Virus record (IMG/VR): IMGVR_UViG_3300037391_000010
Coordinates: 91,418-155,417 of that record
Reading direction: 5' to 3' (one strand)
Length of the DNA: 64,000 nucleotides
From: a virus
Both the position numbers and the translations under genes were made by a program. The notes under the pieces were generated by a model. That model searched no databases, was not told where the DNA came from, and saw only the letters and a program-made list of their open reading frames with translations. Shown piece after piece: positions 30,301 through 37,847 of the stretch. The number at the start of each line of letters is the position of its first letter. The stretch's first letter is position 1.

Positions 30301-33300
30301 ATTACTTGGAAGAGGGGCATCACCGCACCCGTGTAGCAAAGAAGATGGGCAAAACGACTATTCCAGCCGTGATTATGAAGCTGGAACCTCGTAAACCTCA
30401 CTGGTCGTTATCGTCAGGTATCGTCAGAAAATCGTCAGATATCGCCAAGTTTGCGTTCCTCATCGAAGTTCCGAAGGAGTCACGCGGCCATTTCTGGGAT
30501 GAGCCGCCCGCCCACAATCTGGAGTTCTGGGCCTTCCGAAGCCGTCCTCCTGTCCTGATGAACGAGAAGGTCTACTTCACGTTCGACAAGATGCCCGTGG
30601 CGGAAACTACCTGCCTGAAGATTGAGAAACCCGGCGAGTCGCTGTGTGAACTGAGCGGCAAGTACGAGGATCACTGGAAGCTCTACTGGGAACCGAAGCA
30701 GTTCGTCAAATACGCTGGAGCCACAGTTACGTTGTACCATGGCACTTGCCCTGAAAATGCAACCGCACTCGTTGAAAAGGGATGGCAGCCGAATCAAGTG
30801 AGCAGTGGGGCGAATCGTGGTCAGTCGAAGTATTTGTACCTGACAAATATGACGGACAACGCTCGCTGGTTTGCTCAAGAACATGGGTGCGACACGCTAA
30901 TCGAAGTTCGCAATATCCCTCTGAGCTACATCGCACTCGACCCTGAGGACGCTACTCAGGACACGGTGGAGGCTGAGCTTGACTATAACGGCACGGGATT
31001 GCCCGGCACGGTTGTCCTCACACAGCCGTTGGGGGCGGAACATTTCCACGTGCTCCATGGTAAAGTCGGTAGCTTGAATGAGAAACGAAATGAAAAGTGG
31101 ATTTACCACCCCGATTACGGTGCGTTCTCACAGAAGGGAAGCATAGGTCCTCATGCGACGTTGATAGCGAGAACCATGGGTGAGGGCATGGCCTCTGGGT
31201 GGAAGTACACTGAGGTACTACGAGGCTACGCAGTAATTGACGTGGATCAAAAAACCGTAACCTTGGCGACTCCCACGAAAGAGTTCATACCGAACGACGT
31301 AGTGGATTTGTTCAAGAAGAAATACCCCCAGTACGACCTATCGATTCCTGCGGAATCGAAAGCGGTTGGTGTGACCGCCGCCATGCCGAAGAAGTGGTAT
31401 CACGGCACGTCCCTGAAGAACGCTGAGAAAATCCTGAAGGACGGCTACCTCCAGCCAGATCAAGAGACGACCTACGACATTGACATCCCGCGTGACGGGG
31501 CGGTATACATCGCCGACTTCGATATTGCGGAGCAGTACGCTATCGAACGCAGCGGTGTGGTGTTGGAAGTTGCCGCCCCGGATATCAGCAAGCTCCTGCC
31601 CGATGAAGATGATGTTTACGAACTGCTCAACGACCGTGGTGGTGAACTAAACGCCAAGGGTTCTGCCCAAGCCAAGCGTGTGAAAGCTCTGTGGCTCAAG
31701 CAATGGAATGATGAGAACGCTTCCTACAATGAGCCCGAGAAGTTCCCGATCTATAAGAACTTCGAGGAAGCATGGAAGGCATGGGGCGAAATCGAGTTCG
31801 AGGGCTCAGCCGAACTTGCCGAGCAGATGAAGTATTTGACCGACTACATTGTCAAGAATGATCCCAAGCTCGCTCGTGCGATCATCGAACTGGCGGGTAA
31901 GGCTGCTCACATAGGGCCGCTCAAGGTTGTCCGTCAGGTCAAGACGGGTGCTCCGAAGTCCATCTGGTATCACGGCTCCAGCCTGAAGAACCTGCAAAGC
32001 ATCATGAGTCAGGGATTGGTTCCCGAAGGTAAGGAAAAGGTCTGGGGGGACGATCCTGACGCTGGGCTATCTGCACCGAGTCGTCAATCTTACGGCGGAA
32101 TCTACGTCACACAGAACCTCATGACGGCGACGGGAGCCCCCAATACCGAGGACAAGAAGGCTCGTGGCGGCGTACTGATTGTCGCCATGGAGCTTCAGCC
32201 GAACACGATGTACCTCGACGAGGACAACGTTACGGGAGTCTTAGGCGCTCCAATCAAGCACCTGAGTGACAACACCTTCCACGTTCTCTGTTATTATTTG
32301 GCGGCTACACAAGAAGGCGCTGCTGAGACTTGGCAACAAGAGATAGAAGGAATGCGTGCTGACTATATTCGCAAGTGCCTTACGCAATGGGAGAGCAAAT
32401 TTGCGGAGCGTAAGATACCGTTCCACCCCGAACTGAAAAAGGAACTTGAGAAGATTCTACCCAGTGTGTGGCTCGCGGGCGTAACACGAGCGGCAGGCCA
32501 TGTCAAGGACAACTACTCCTACATTCGGGCTTGGGATCAGGTCTTCTACGGCACTCCGAAGGAGAAGCAGCGTCCCGACGCGAACACCGTGCTGCCCGAC
32601 GCATCTGAGGGAGAGGCGGCGTTCCGCGAAGCGGCAGAGAAGGTCACCCGCACGCTGCGGCTCCTCGCTCGTCCCGCTGAAGAGTCTTCGAAGAATCAGA
32701 TTTACAACATGAACACCTCTCGCGTCAACGAGCCGATTGGTTTCAGCGGGTCGAATCACATCCTCGCCCTCATAGAAGTTCGAGATCGCCAGCAGCCTGC
32801 TCAGATGATCCTGCACTGGGGCACCATTCCGCCAGACTTCTTCACCCAGTGGAACATAAAGTTTGGCAGCAAGTACGAAGTGGTGGACGCCCGCAAGGGT
32901 CAGCCCAAGGCTAGGGGTGTGGCAGCCTCAGCTAAAACCGCCGATGATTACGCCGCCGATTACGATCAGGAAGTCTTCTACCACGCGACCACGTGGAAGA
33001 TCGCTGACTTGATCGACAAAGAAGGATTGAAGTCAAGCGACAATCAACTGACTCAGGGTAAGAAGTACATCTGGTGCTCTATCGATATGGCTGCGGCGAA
33101 AACTTACGGTCGGTACTTTAGCCAAGACGAGGATAACGAACAGTTTGCTGTGGTGGAATTCATCTGGAATTACGATAAGAGCGAGCCTGACCCGGAGCAC
33201 TTTGAAGAGGGCGACACGTACCGCCGCATCGAGTCCGACATTCCTCGGTCGGCAATCACCAAAATTTACTATTTCGCACACGATCAGGTTGTCAAGACGG

Positions 33301-36300
33301 CTGCGGTAGAGGATAAAATCAAGGTAACCACGGCTCCAGACGGACGAATTACGGCCAAACACGTCGATGGAAGTGCTTCAGGCACCGTGGAAGACCGTGA
33401 AGGACTGGCTAAGTGGTTTGATTGGAACACTTTACCACGTGGCGGGGCTGGAATTTACGACAAAGCCTTCGTTTTGGGCACTGTAACGGTCAAAGTCTCG
33501 TGCCGCCGTACAGGGCTCGGCAGGGCGCTTATAGGGGCTGTGCTCGACGCAGCGAAGGCTCAGGGTGCCCAAGTGTGCTTCCTGCTCGCCCATTCGCTCA
33601 CAGGGCTCTCCGCGAAGGAATTGAGTGCTTTCTACAGCAGCCTTGGGTTCCAACCATACGTCATCGACCCGCCGCCGCGATGGTTCGATTCCTCGACCGC
33701 TGGCATTTTCATGAAGAAGCTGGCAGGCGTGGCAAAGCTCGCCGCCATGAACCGCATCAGCCAGCAGGACGCCGTGGATCGCAAGATGTTCGGCCCTGTC
33801 TACCATGGCACCACCGAGGAGAAACAGGAGAACATCGGGAACGAGGGCTTCAAGGTCTACATCGGTGACGCGGGATCGGGCGACGTTGCTCACGGTTACG
33901 AAGGTAACCAACCCTATCATGACGGCATCCCTGCCCCCGTTCACCATCTGGGGTACGGCGTGTACTTCACGACCGCCAAGGCTATCGCCAAGCAGTTCGC
34001 GGGCGGCACCACGCGAGGTATGAAGACTTACTACCTCGACGTGCCACGGCTGGAGACCATCAACTTCGGAGTACCGAAGACCATGATGAAGTGGTGGGTG
34101 AGTCAGGGCTACGACGGGGCGCTCGCAAAGAAAGATCGCGTGGCAGCGACCAAGCAGATGACCGAGCACCTGAAGGCTCAGTTTGATGCCGTGTGGTTCA
34201 AGGGCAAGGGCATGTACAAGTTGCTCGATGGCGATCAGATTTGTGTGTTCGATTCGAGTCGCATCTATGAAGTCGATGCAGCTATGTCGAAGCCGGGTGA
34301 CATCGGCTCCAAGGTCATTCGTAAGGCCGATGGGATGAAGGGCGTCATCAAGAACATCCGTCCGATCCCGCCTGAAGTGGCACAGCAGTATCACGGTGGG
34401 GCGGACAAGTTCTACGAGATCAAGTGGACGAAGGGCGGCACCGACCACAACGTCTACGCCCGCGATATCGATTTCGTTGGGGCGAAGGCTCAGGGCGCTA
34501 CGGCGTCAATGAAGACCGCCGAAGGATTCAACGATGAGGGTTTCTGGGCAGGCGAAGGCAATGCCGCGTCTGGCGTTCTGCCAATCTGCACCACCACGGG
34601 CCGCATCTGTCTCGCATGGCGATCACCCGATGTCCATATCGGCAATTGCTGGGGCACCATCGGTGGGGCGGTCAAGCCGGAGATGAGCTTGTCAGAAAGT
34701 GCCAAGGCGGAACTGAAAGAAGAGACGGGGTTCGGCGGCGGTGTTACCATGATCCCCGCTTACGTGTTCAGCAGCGGGAGTTTCTCTTACCACAACTTCC
34801 TCGGAACCGTGGGCACGGAGTTCCGCTTCGCTCCGCAGAGCGAACATCACTGGGAGACCACTGGGCTCGAATGGTTCACATGGGATGAGATTCAGCAGAT
34901 GGTAAAGGAAAACTCCAGCGATTTCCACCCGGGCCTCATCAGCTTGTTCAAGAGCGACGGCAAGAAGATCGAACAGCTTCTCGGCAAGCCAAAGACAGCA
35001 GCGGGCGACGATGGGGATATGCCGAACATGCTTCAAGTCTTCCCCGAACGTCCCGATGTGATGGAGACTTTCCGCCACATGCGCCCATTCGAACGGGATC
35101 GATTGATCGAGGAAGCTCAAATCGAAGAGATACATCCCGCCGATCTGAAGACAAATCAGGCGACTCTTTCACGGAAAGACCTCCAGTATTTCTTGGACAA
35201 CCCCGAGGAGATCACCAAGCCGCACAGCAACGTCGGACTGAGCGACACGGAGCAGTTGTACCCGCTCGTGTGCCGCACCAGTGAAGGCGATTGGCTGTAC
35301 GATGGTAATCATCGTGCGAATGCCGCCATGAAGCTCGGCATCATGCTCAAGTGCAAGGTTGTAGACCTACGGGATTACGAGGAGCCACAAGGAAAGGTTT
35401 CCAGAAAGCTCGCCGCACGAGGCGAGGTTGGCCCTGTCTATCACGGCACCGACAAGAAGTTCGACAAGTTCGAGCAGAAACCCGGCACCCGATACATTCT
35501 CTTCTCCGAGATTAAGGTACAGGCTGGTGGGTTCTTCTTCACCGATGACCCTGAGGAGGCGAAGGAGTTCGGCTCGAACGTCATGACCTGCTACTTGAAG
35601 ATGAAGAAGCCACTGATTCGGCAAGAAGACCAGTATAACTTGAGCAAAAAGCAAATCGCCGACCTGACTTACATCTGCGAGCCATGCATGAGTGACGGCT
35701 ATTCCGACTTGCAAGGCAATTCCGTCAAGACGATTGAACTTGGAGCCTTTGCCATCGATGTAGACCCAGAAGGCAACTGGCTCAACGAGATTGTGAAGCA
35801 GAACGGGCTCGATTGGAACATCTTGGATAATCAAGAAGCCGTTAATCGCATGAAAGAGCGCGGCTACGACAGCACCATGGTGGATGAGTACAACGGCAAG
35901 TATAGCTATTGCGTGTTCTCGACCGACCAGATCAGGGTCAGTGGCGGCAAGACAGCCTCGGGTTGGAAGGACGAAGGCTTGCTCAACGAAAGCGACATGA
36001 AGAAGTGGAAACAATACTGGGACGGTCAGGGGCACAGTATCCAAGTTGACAAAGCCCACGGCGGGCTGTATCACTGCTGGATCAAGTTCGCAGCCGCCCC
36101 AGCCCGAGCATTGAAGCTCTACCATGTCACGACGGTGCCTATCGCCGAGGACATCAAGGCTCACGGCTTCAAGCCGGTCGATCAGGGTGTGTGGAAGAAC
36201 TATTACGCCCCGCAGGGACGCGACGGCATCTACTTTTACGACGATCTGAAATACTCCGAGGCTTACGCCGCCTACACCGAGGGTCAACTTTACACGCGCA

Positions 36301-37847
36301 ACATTCAGCCCGATAGACCTTGGAGTGAAAATAAGAAACACCTACCTCAGATGGCGATTATCGAAGTGCAGGTGCCCGAGGGTGTCGCGATTACCACCGA
36401 CCAGAAAGAGGATGGGTTCTTTGTACCCACCGCTGATCTGGACAAGGTTAAGATCGTCAGCATGAACAAGTACGACTACGTTCCAGCCAACGGTAGAAAG
36501 CCGGGTGAGAAGTTCGGGGCAGCCTTCCCAACCTTCGAGCAGGTCATGGATGAATCTACCTTAAGCATGACTAATGAGTTCATGTTCGGCCCAGATGAGG
36601 AATGCAAAAGATGGTACGACCAAGCGTTGGCGTTCTGGAAATCCCAAAAATTCCCATTGACGATCTATCGTGGCATGGCGGTATTTGAGAAAAGCCACGA
36701 GATCGACTACAACACGTTTGGTTGGTCGTGGTCTTTGGATAAGAAGTTCGCCCAGAATTTCGCCGAGGACAAGTACATCGACTATCCTGATGAACATCAC
36801 ATTGAAGTCTTCGAGGGCAAGGTCACCGCGTTTGCTGTGGACTGGCTCAACACCTTTAGGGCATGGGTCACTATTCCCGAAGAGAAAGAAGTCCGCCTTA
36901 AACCCAAAGCCAAGGTACAGATACCTAGCCTGAAGCGCACGGTGACGGCAGCCGACAAACCTCGCAGCAAGTATGACAAGGTTTGCTACGCTATCGCCAC
37001 GGACGACCAGTTGTGGGGATACTTCGCCGAGTATGTGCAGTGCTCCGACGCTTTTGAGAACCATCCCGAAGCCTCAGGCAGAGTGGTCGATCTGGTCAAA
37101 TCTATCCCGCCATTCGTACCGCCGACAACACGGAAGTGCCTTTATCGCGGGGAAGAAATTCGCATGGGGGATGATCGCCTACCCGCGAAGTGGGAGCCGC
37201 ATCTTCGGGACCTGCTGTCTTGGTCGGCAGCTTACGACACCGCCAAAGGGTTCTCTGGCGGACATCGAGGTATCGTGTGGCAGACCGTGGGCAAAATTCA
37301 GGGGATAGCCCTTGAGGATATCGTTCTCTGGCGCAATCGGACGCATCCAGATGAAAGCAACTATTCGGGTATGCAGTCCGAATGGTTTGTGATGAACACC
37401 TGCAACGCCAAGGAAGCAACCCCACCCAGCGCACAGCCAGCCCGAAGCTATGTGACCGCTGCGGCTGATGGGTTCCTTTACCACGGCATGAGCATGACGG
37501 ATTACAACCGAGCCATGAACGCTGACGGTATTCTACCTGAGCCTAGCTGGTGGGGCACCGCTGAGATTGCCGAGTATTACGCTGAGACCGCTGCCGAAGA
37601 GATTGGACCTGAGGAAGAATACAAAATCATCAAGCTGCCGCTCAGTGCGTTCAATCCATCGCTGTTGGAGGCAGATCAGAACTCGGTTGCCGAGCCTCTG
37701 ACCTATACACTTGGTCGCAGTGAGGATGAGTTGTACGAAGAATGGCAGAACTGCAAGGGCACGTGGGAAGATAGCCTGAGAATTTATGGGAGCGTTGTTT
37801 ACAACGCCCCCATCGAAGTTACCGCACAAACCGTCCCTTCTTCTTAG
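21393..37847 (+). CDS. 5484-aa polyvalent protein: ~20 ART-fold modules, 3 GNAT, SprT zincin, 2H phosphoesterase, GIY-YIG, NUDIX, 2 ParB/Srx and unknown modules
   Basis: Uninterrupted 16.4-kb ORF. Motifs read directly: HELCH; HITV/HVTL; repeated (V/F/L/W)YH(G/A/V)T...GL; FPxxxYR...W(S/T)...EKE; RxxGxG; G-x5-E-x7-ELKEETG; DGNHR/EGHHR. Confidence 0.92.
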   Translation: MGARMNPLLQMKTAAFSSVREINISEDQGSAEGYTADTSAEQLQNWLDRFGYTNEEFVADLRKKYDSFAVLNNINVYEDSRGKGYGDYLLQEFLREAGDHGAGICLLVADTAEEQAKGFSLVEWYERNDFEQIASVYGGELMILGIMNPKIVAKKAAADIGQMKNIVAEMMSVLTAGLPQPEVKIINQTNRTLGQCRWLWGKKADQTWGDDNTTLEIQKKVLGHEETLRRVIAHELCHHEVALLVAKPKLLEIGYETYKRYQNIFGPDGHGKEWKEVAKRFDAKYGADFVTEKSDKDTVVDEQGKEIFILLNNYVYGRHKQRLGWQWAVGLSRQAMAYLDGIDWTSGEFKLVKTTDAVFTKGRGRIKQYTGWNLPRTPEQEQKLQDLWANAPMAKFGADEDKTAKSGPHKNATSQINLPPEAAAGMMEAAKQIPDEELGKDGREDDPHITVKYGVKPDPDLLSQVVGEQQPFTVTLGKTHVFSVSESSDAQAPIVVQCHAPELEALHNKVAEAIGTRKDDFPYVPHVTLAYVKPDVAAKYEGMDWAEGISFQVDAITLSTKGGGQVRVPFGKPRKSASHKTPPMSDTQYQNPEMGEETNAYADIPERVKGVEDLPSLESLSPDLFKTGAGSVHDLDLQDVVAWGGSLSEAQGDWNKIRAEAAERVKAEGKDWEKMPEAEQEVWLDKIGWEWLGATWEVTMNRLQSLKFPLVVYRGLGSVSLKEINKGQYKEKGTGIYWSYDENNAYVHEELAAGHSHIIMLRGVVSSPKQIDWIRTAYVNLVASDEKEINIWPGEEVQITGYKYKGEKAWKNPPKNLRQVRAAATNFKPMLFDNWCDANPMYQPDDFNEAEYRYDENVAHFSTVDFPITIYRAVQVEQGTQPNLEKAGIYWTWVENSADAYFGSGSIWDQGGPHPKNPQTLILKAKVLRSTDVDWDATLLANMLNEDENEITVEAGAQLQLIGIDYGQGYKKPAQKRVMAYGDESKNLPLRGQKGVGGQDFPLMFDPPLFSDEKEAAGRPKFYHGTAAENLDDILKNGLKASKDMSSNEWGRSVYLACDAYTAKNYEGHQGKGRGNWVILEIDGNKLHEDLLRPDDYDFRDIFESLPEEEKAKCEGNWAWCDWRISLEHSCQVAYMGDVPPDAIKVVPTPKFSAKINPKLKAWFNGSKVVDDKGQPRIVYHGSKSTWISSFDLGMEGTGTAGSTKWGGIWFTSNQGNASWFADPPEEKVEARTDDVTVYGNDPYYAAITDINGEGIFEVGPHPTEEEAERDGIAQAKMYNEHLGEDTNVQAVYLKIVNPYVTDQIPRDKEFKAARDGGHDGIIAKEVTDGVEVSDVFVVFSPNQVKSATRNVGNYDPNNQSIIAGGSTQLLPDEVELVADIAQSGGGKAFPKLEKEPLFPEDKEKTASATPEIKEEANSLRLEVGGQKIGYIGYRVDQVGKKKFAEISGLEVDKAWRRQGWGTKLYEALAAKAKREGISFLTSNLSGMTSSDAEGVWSHLIGKGYNIEEVASEDSETGKPYFKWKVAKQYGPVYHGTYHEWSDKIQNDKYKIGKFFSSDPLVAQAYGSFVHECYLTMNKPFIVDAKGESYSSIPTPEALKRWVASGMDTVDTDNIADYASKHGYDGVIIKNVVELHHQVEADDYIVFKPNQIKVKGVIEPEISPYTANKYHKQELQRRFEKKYPQTASSHTAAGLPSFNAWVKKNGGIAKILDMYDVDTAETYGSGLEEPENQADVKRYEKELHKRALADFQERYEHFIAEYQSWQFPMDVFRCISLPKPDSNAGQQHLFPDTPQAQFQQGLQAIKYNGVGIFWSWDENSAECHWGSGGPNVTLHGIINKDNVDWEGTLYANMFPALGDDEKEVRLIEGTQFELEGIQYDEKSGWSQPPVKTVTAAKAKKRVFYHATSAANINGIAQHGLKPSEKTNWGGMLGDSSLGKTFFAKTPASAMYYAMIIFRDKLEDNGQAHVPICLRVTIPEKVQLDTERAQNVQRGVHLPESEAYAPDEESWVTEGIPPANIQMFWQGKWQPVKSGDWDSMFYYEEGEGVGYVDWEGSPVGDSVPEAMADVESFTMPKKAGVMGQVYLLHFDIDPKEEIPSTREDAKKPFHARHYMGWAENAQERIDQHYKATSGVKLIEAIHAKGISFTVARIWDNVDRDFERRMKNQGGLNRHCPICKKLGLIPASRYRGKALEKQVAPATPEAGLDFVEIEKKAAAGDLANLRNYLTLSRREMGEELARNFSSYWSEFVENEHPELANLIDEDGYTDNFDTVPEDVLSDFLDQYGSRALQDDPAMAPTFLTVDYRRDVKNAWLVHFTDFPDEIAKSGFKYGMDRVETLALTTYFKEDAKKFGGYNFALDAHHRNLESLGSNYGKHCVLFQANGIETWHTGDDFEQIIFWGKDARNIIPIYDSGGYGTWSVGEDKDGNPLFESEDLSQVVEWAITNSAKLLPKAKKPKAQRAVASEMTTLYHRTRPGREGQIDTQGLSHIEGGGELWFTDDPSAYYGDSPNAMYSVEVPKEEAEAAHVGGHDYRFMGRSFAPEQIKKVGAEPWEMRQDEYAGRWNEQETEEQSGVRHQKNQDWEQNSLAALSLGKITPEQAKERGVYEAKSFIPLPQTPLYHVTTAKSQVEANGLKTRRELGQNYGKGLGGGTSMSISFTDDMSIAQGIYDNLLIARKVAAGEMTLDDLISTATKGMGANRPWIDDILKSLGGSNPKDKINVELDAIQRGVAFEHGLGRPPDDEAILPQYRKPGPWRPTPWSQHWKGGDGEEKYTYWERDLTPEEKQERVFEFFKKWSFWREQAGGGLDPLYFMSDPKALGQTPESEITILTFKAVPGAMGTRESALGEWRVYTGAAVQLTGNAAAAKMGMFNPNRANVQYNSEKGTGEWEGWNIDFSADPVKEHMLPASFVRKLKGIEQKFINVADVVETQSEHWTKSERVDEIHTQMETEKWFEAILVDEYEDQQGKYYLEEGHHRTRVAKKMGKTTIPAVIMKLEPRKPHWSLSSGIVRKSSDIAKFAFLIEVPKESRGHFWDEPPAHNLEFWAFRSRPPVLMNEKVYFTFDKMPVAETTCLKIEKPGESLCELSGKYEDHWKLYWEPKQFVKYAGATVTLYHGTCPENATALVEKGWQPNQVSSGANRGQSKYLYLTNMTDNARWFAQEHGCDTLIEVRNIPLSYIALDPEDATQDTVEAELDYNGTGLPGTVVLTQPLGAEHFHVLHGKVGSLNEKRNEKWIYHPDYGAFSQKGSIGPHATLIARTMGEGMASGWKYTEVLRGYAVIDVDQKTVTLATPTKEFIPNDVVDLFKKKYPQYDLSIPAESKAVGVTAAMPKKWYHGTSLKNAEKILKDGYLQPDQETTYDIDIPRDGAVYIADFDIAEQYAIERSGVVLEVAAPDISKLLPDEDDVYELLNDRGGELNAKGSAQAKRVKALWLKQWNDENASYNEPEKFPIYKNFEEAWKAWGEIEFEGSAELAEQMKYLTDYIVKNDPKLARAIIELAGKAAHIGPLKVVRQVKTGAPKSIWYHGSSLKNLQSIMSQGLVPEGKEKVWGDDPDAGLSAPSRQSYGGIYVTQNLMTATGAPNTEDKKARGGVLIVAMELQPNTMYLDEDNVTGVLGAPIKHLSDNTFHVLCYYLAATQEGAAETWQQEIEGMRADYIRKCLTQWESKFAERKIPFHPELKKELEKILPSVWLAGVTRAAGHVKDNYSYIRAWDQVFYGTPKEKQRPDANTVLPDASEGEAAFREAAEKVTRTLRLLARPAEESSKNQIYNMNTSRVNEPIGFSGSNHILALIEVRDRQQPAQMILHWGTIPPDFFTQWNIKFGSKYEVVDARKGQPKARGVAASAKTADDYAADYDQEVFYHATTWKIADLIDKEGLKSSDNQLTQGKKYIWCSIDMAAAKTYGRYFSQDEDNEQFAVVEFIWNYDKSEPDPEHFEEGDTYRRIESDIPRSAITKIYYFAHDQVVKTAAVEDKIKVTTAPDGRITAKHVDGSASGTVEDREGLAKWFDWNTLPRGGAGIYDKAFVLGTVTVKVSCRRTGLGRALIGAVLDAAKAQGAQVCFLLAHSLTGLSAKELSAFYSSLGFQPYVIDPPPRWFDSSTAGIFMKKLAGVAKLAAMNRISQQDAVDRKMFGPVYHGTTEEKQENIGNEGFKVYIGDAGSGDVAHGYEGNQPYHDGIPAPVHHLGYGVYFTTAKAIAKQFAGGTTRGMKTYYLDVPRLETINFGVPKTMMKWWVSQGYDGALAKKDRVAATKQMTEHLKAQFDAVWFKGKGMYKLLDGDQICVFDSSRIYEVDAAMSKPGDIGSKVIRKADGMKGVIKNIRPIPPEVAQQYHGGADKFYEIKWTKGGTDHNVYARDIDFVGAKAQGATASMKTAEGFNDEGFWAGEGNAASGVLPICTTTGRICLAWRSPDVHIGNCWGTIGGAVKPEMSLSESAKAELKEETGFGGGVTMIPAYVFSSGSFSYHNFLGTVGTEFRFAPQSEHHWETTGLEWFTWDEIQQMVKENSSDFHPGLISLFKSDGKKIEQLLGKPKTAAGDDGDMPNMLQVFPERPDVMETFRHMRPFERDRLIEEAQIEEIHPADLKTNQATLSRKDLQYFLDNPEEITKPHSNVGLSDTEQLYPLVCRTSEGDWLYDGNHRANAAMKLGIMLKCKVVDLRDYEEPQGKVSRKLAARGEVGPVYHGTDKKFDKFEQKPGTRYILFSEIKVQAGGFFFTDDPEEAKEFGSNVMTCYLKMKKPLIRQEDQYNLSKKQIADLTYICEPCMSDGYSDLQGNSVKTIELGAFAIDVDPEGNWLNEIVKQNGLDWNILDNQEAVNRMKERGYDSTMVDEYNGKYSYCVFSTDQIRVSGGKTASGWKDEGLLNESDMKKWKQYWDGQGHSIQVDKAHGGLYHCWIKFAAAPARALKLYHVTTVPIAEDIKAHGFKPVDQGVWKNYYAPQGRDGIYFYDDLKYSEAYAAYTEGQLYTRNIQPDRPWSENKKHLPQMAIIEVQVPEGVAITTDQKEDGFFVPTADLDKVKIVSMNKYDYVPANGRKPGEKFGAAFPTFEQVMDESTLSMTNEFMFGPDEECKRWYDQALAFWKSQKFPLTIYRGMAVFEKSHEIDYNTFGWSWSLDKKFAQNFAEDKYIDYPDEHHIEVFEGKVTAFAVDWLNTFRAWVTIPEEKEVRLKPKAKVQIPSLKRTVTAADKPRSKYDKVCYAIATDDQLWGYFAEYVQCSDAFENHPEASGRVVDLVKSIPPFVPPTTRKCLYRGEEIRMGDDRLPAKWEPHLRDLLSWSAAYDTAKGFSGGHRGIVWQTVGKIQGIALEDIVLWRNRTHPDESNYSGMQSEWFVMNTCNAKEATPPSAQPARSYVTAAADGFLYHGMSMTDYNRAMNADGILPEPSWWGTAEIAEYYAETAAEEIGPEEEYKIIKLPLSAFNPSLLEADQNSVAEPLTYTLGRSEDELYEEWQNCKGTWEDSLRIYGSVVYNAPIEVTAQTVPSS

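Noticed and set aside
21393-37847. Long antisense ORFs inside the giant gene (29223-30401, 33432-34448, 35367-36341)
   Set aside because: Shadow ORFs from codon bias; no recognisable motifs or RBS.
21393-37847. Inteins, or stop-codon recoding, as the explanation for the giant ORF
   Set aside because: No C...HN-(C/S/T) intein ends or LAGLIDADG blocks recognised. The ORF is open in the standard code and neighbouring genes end normally.
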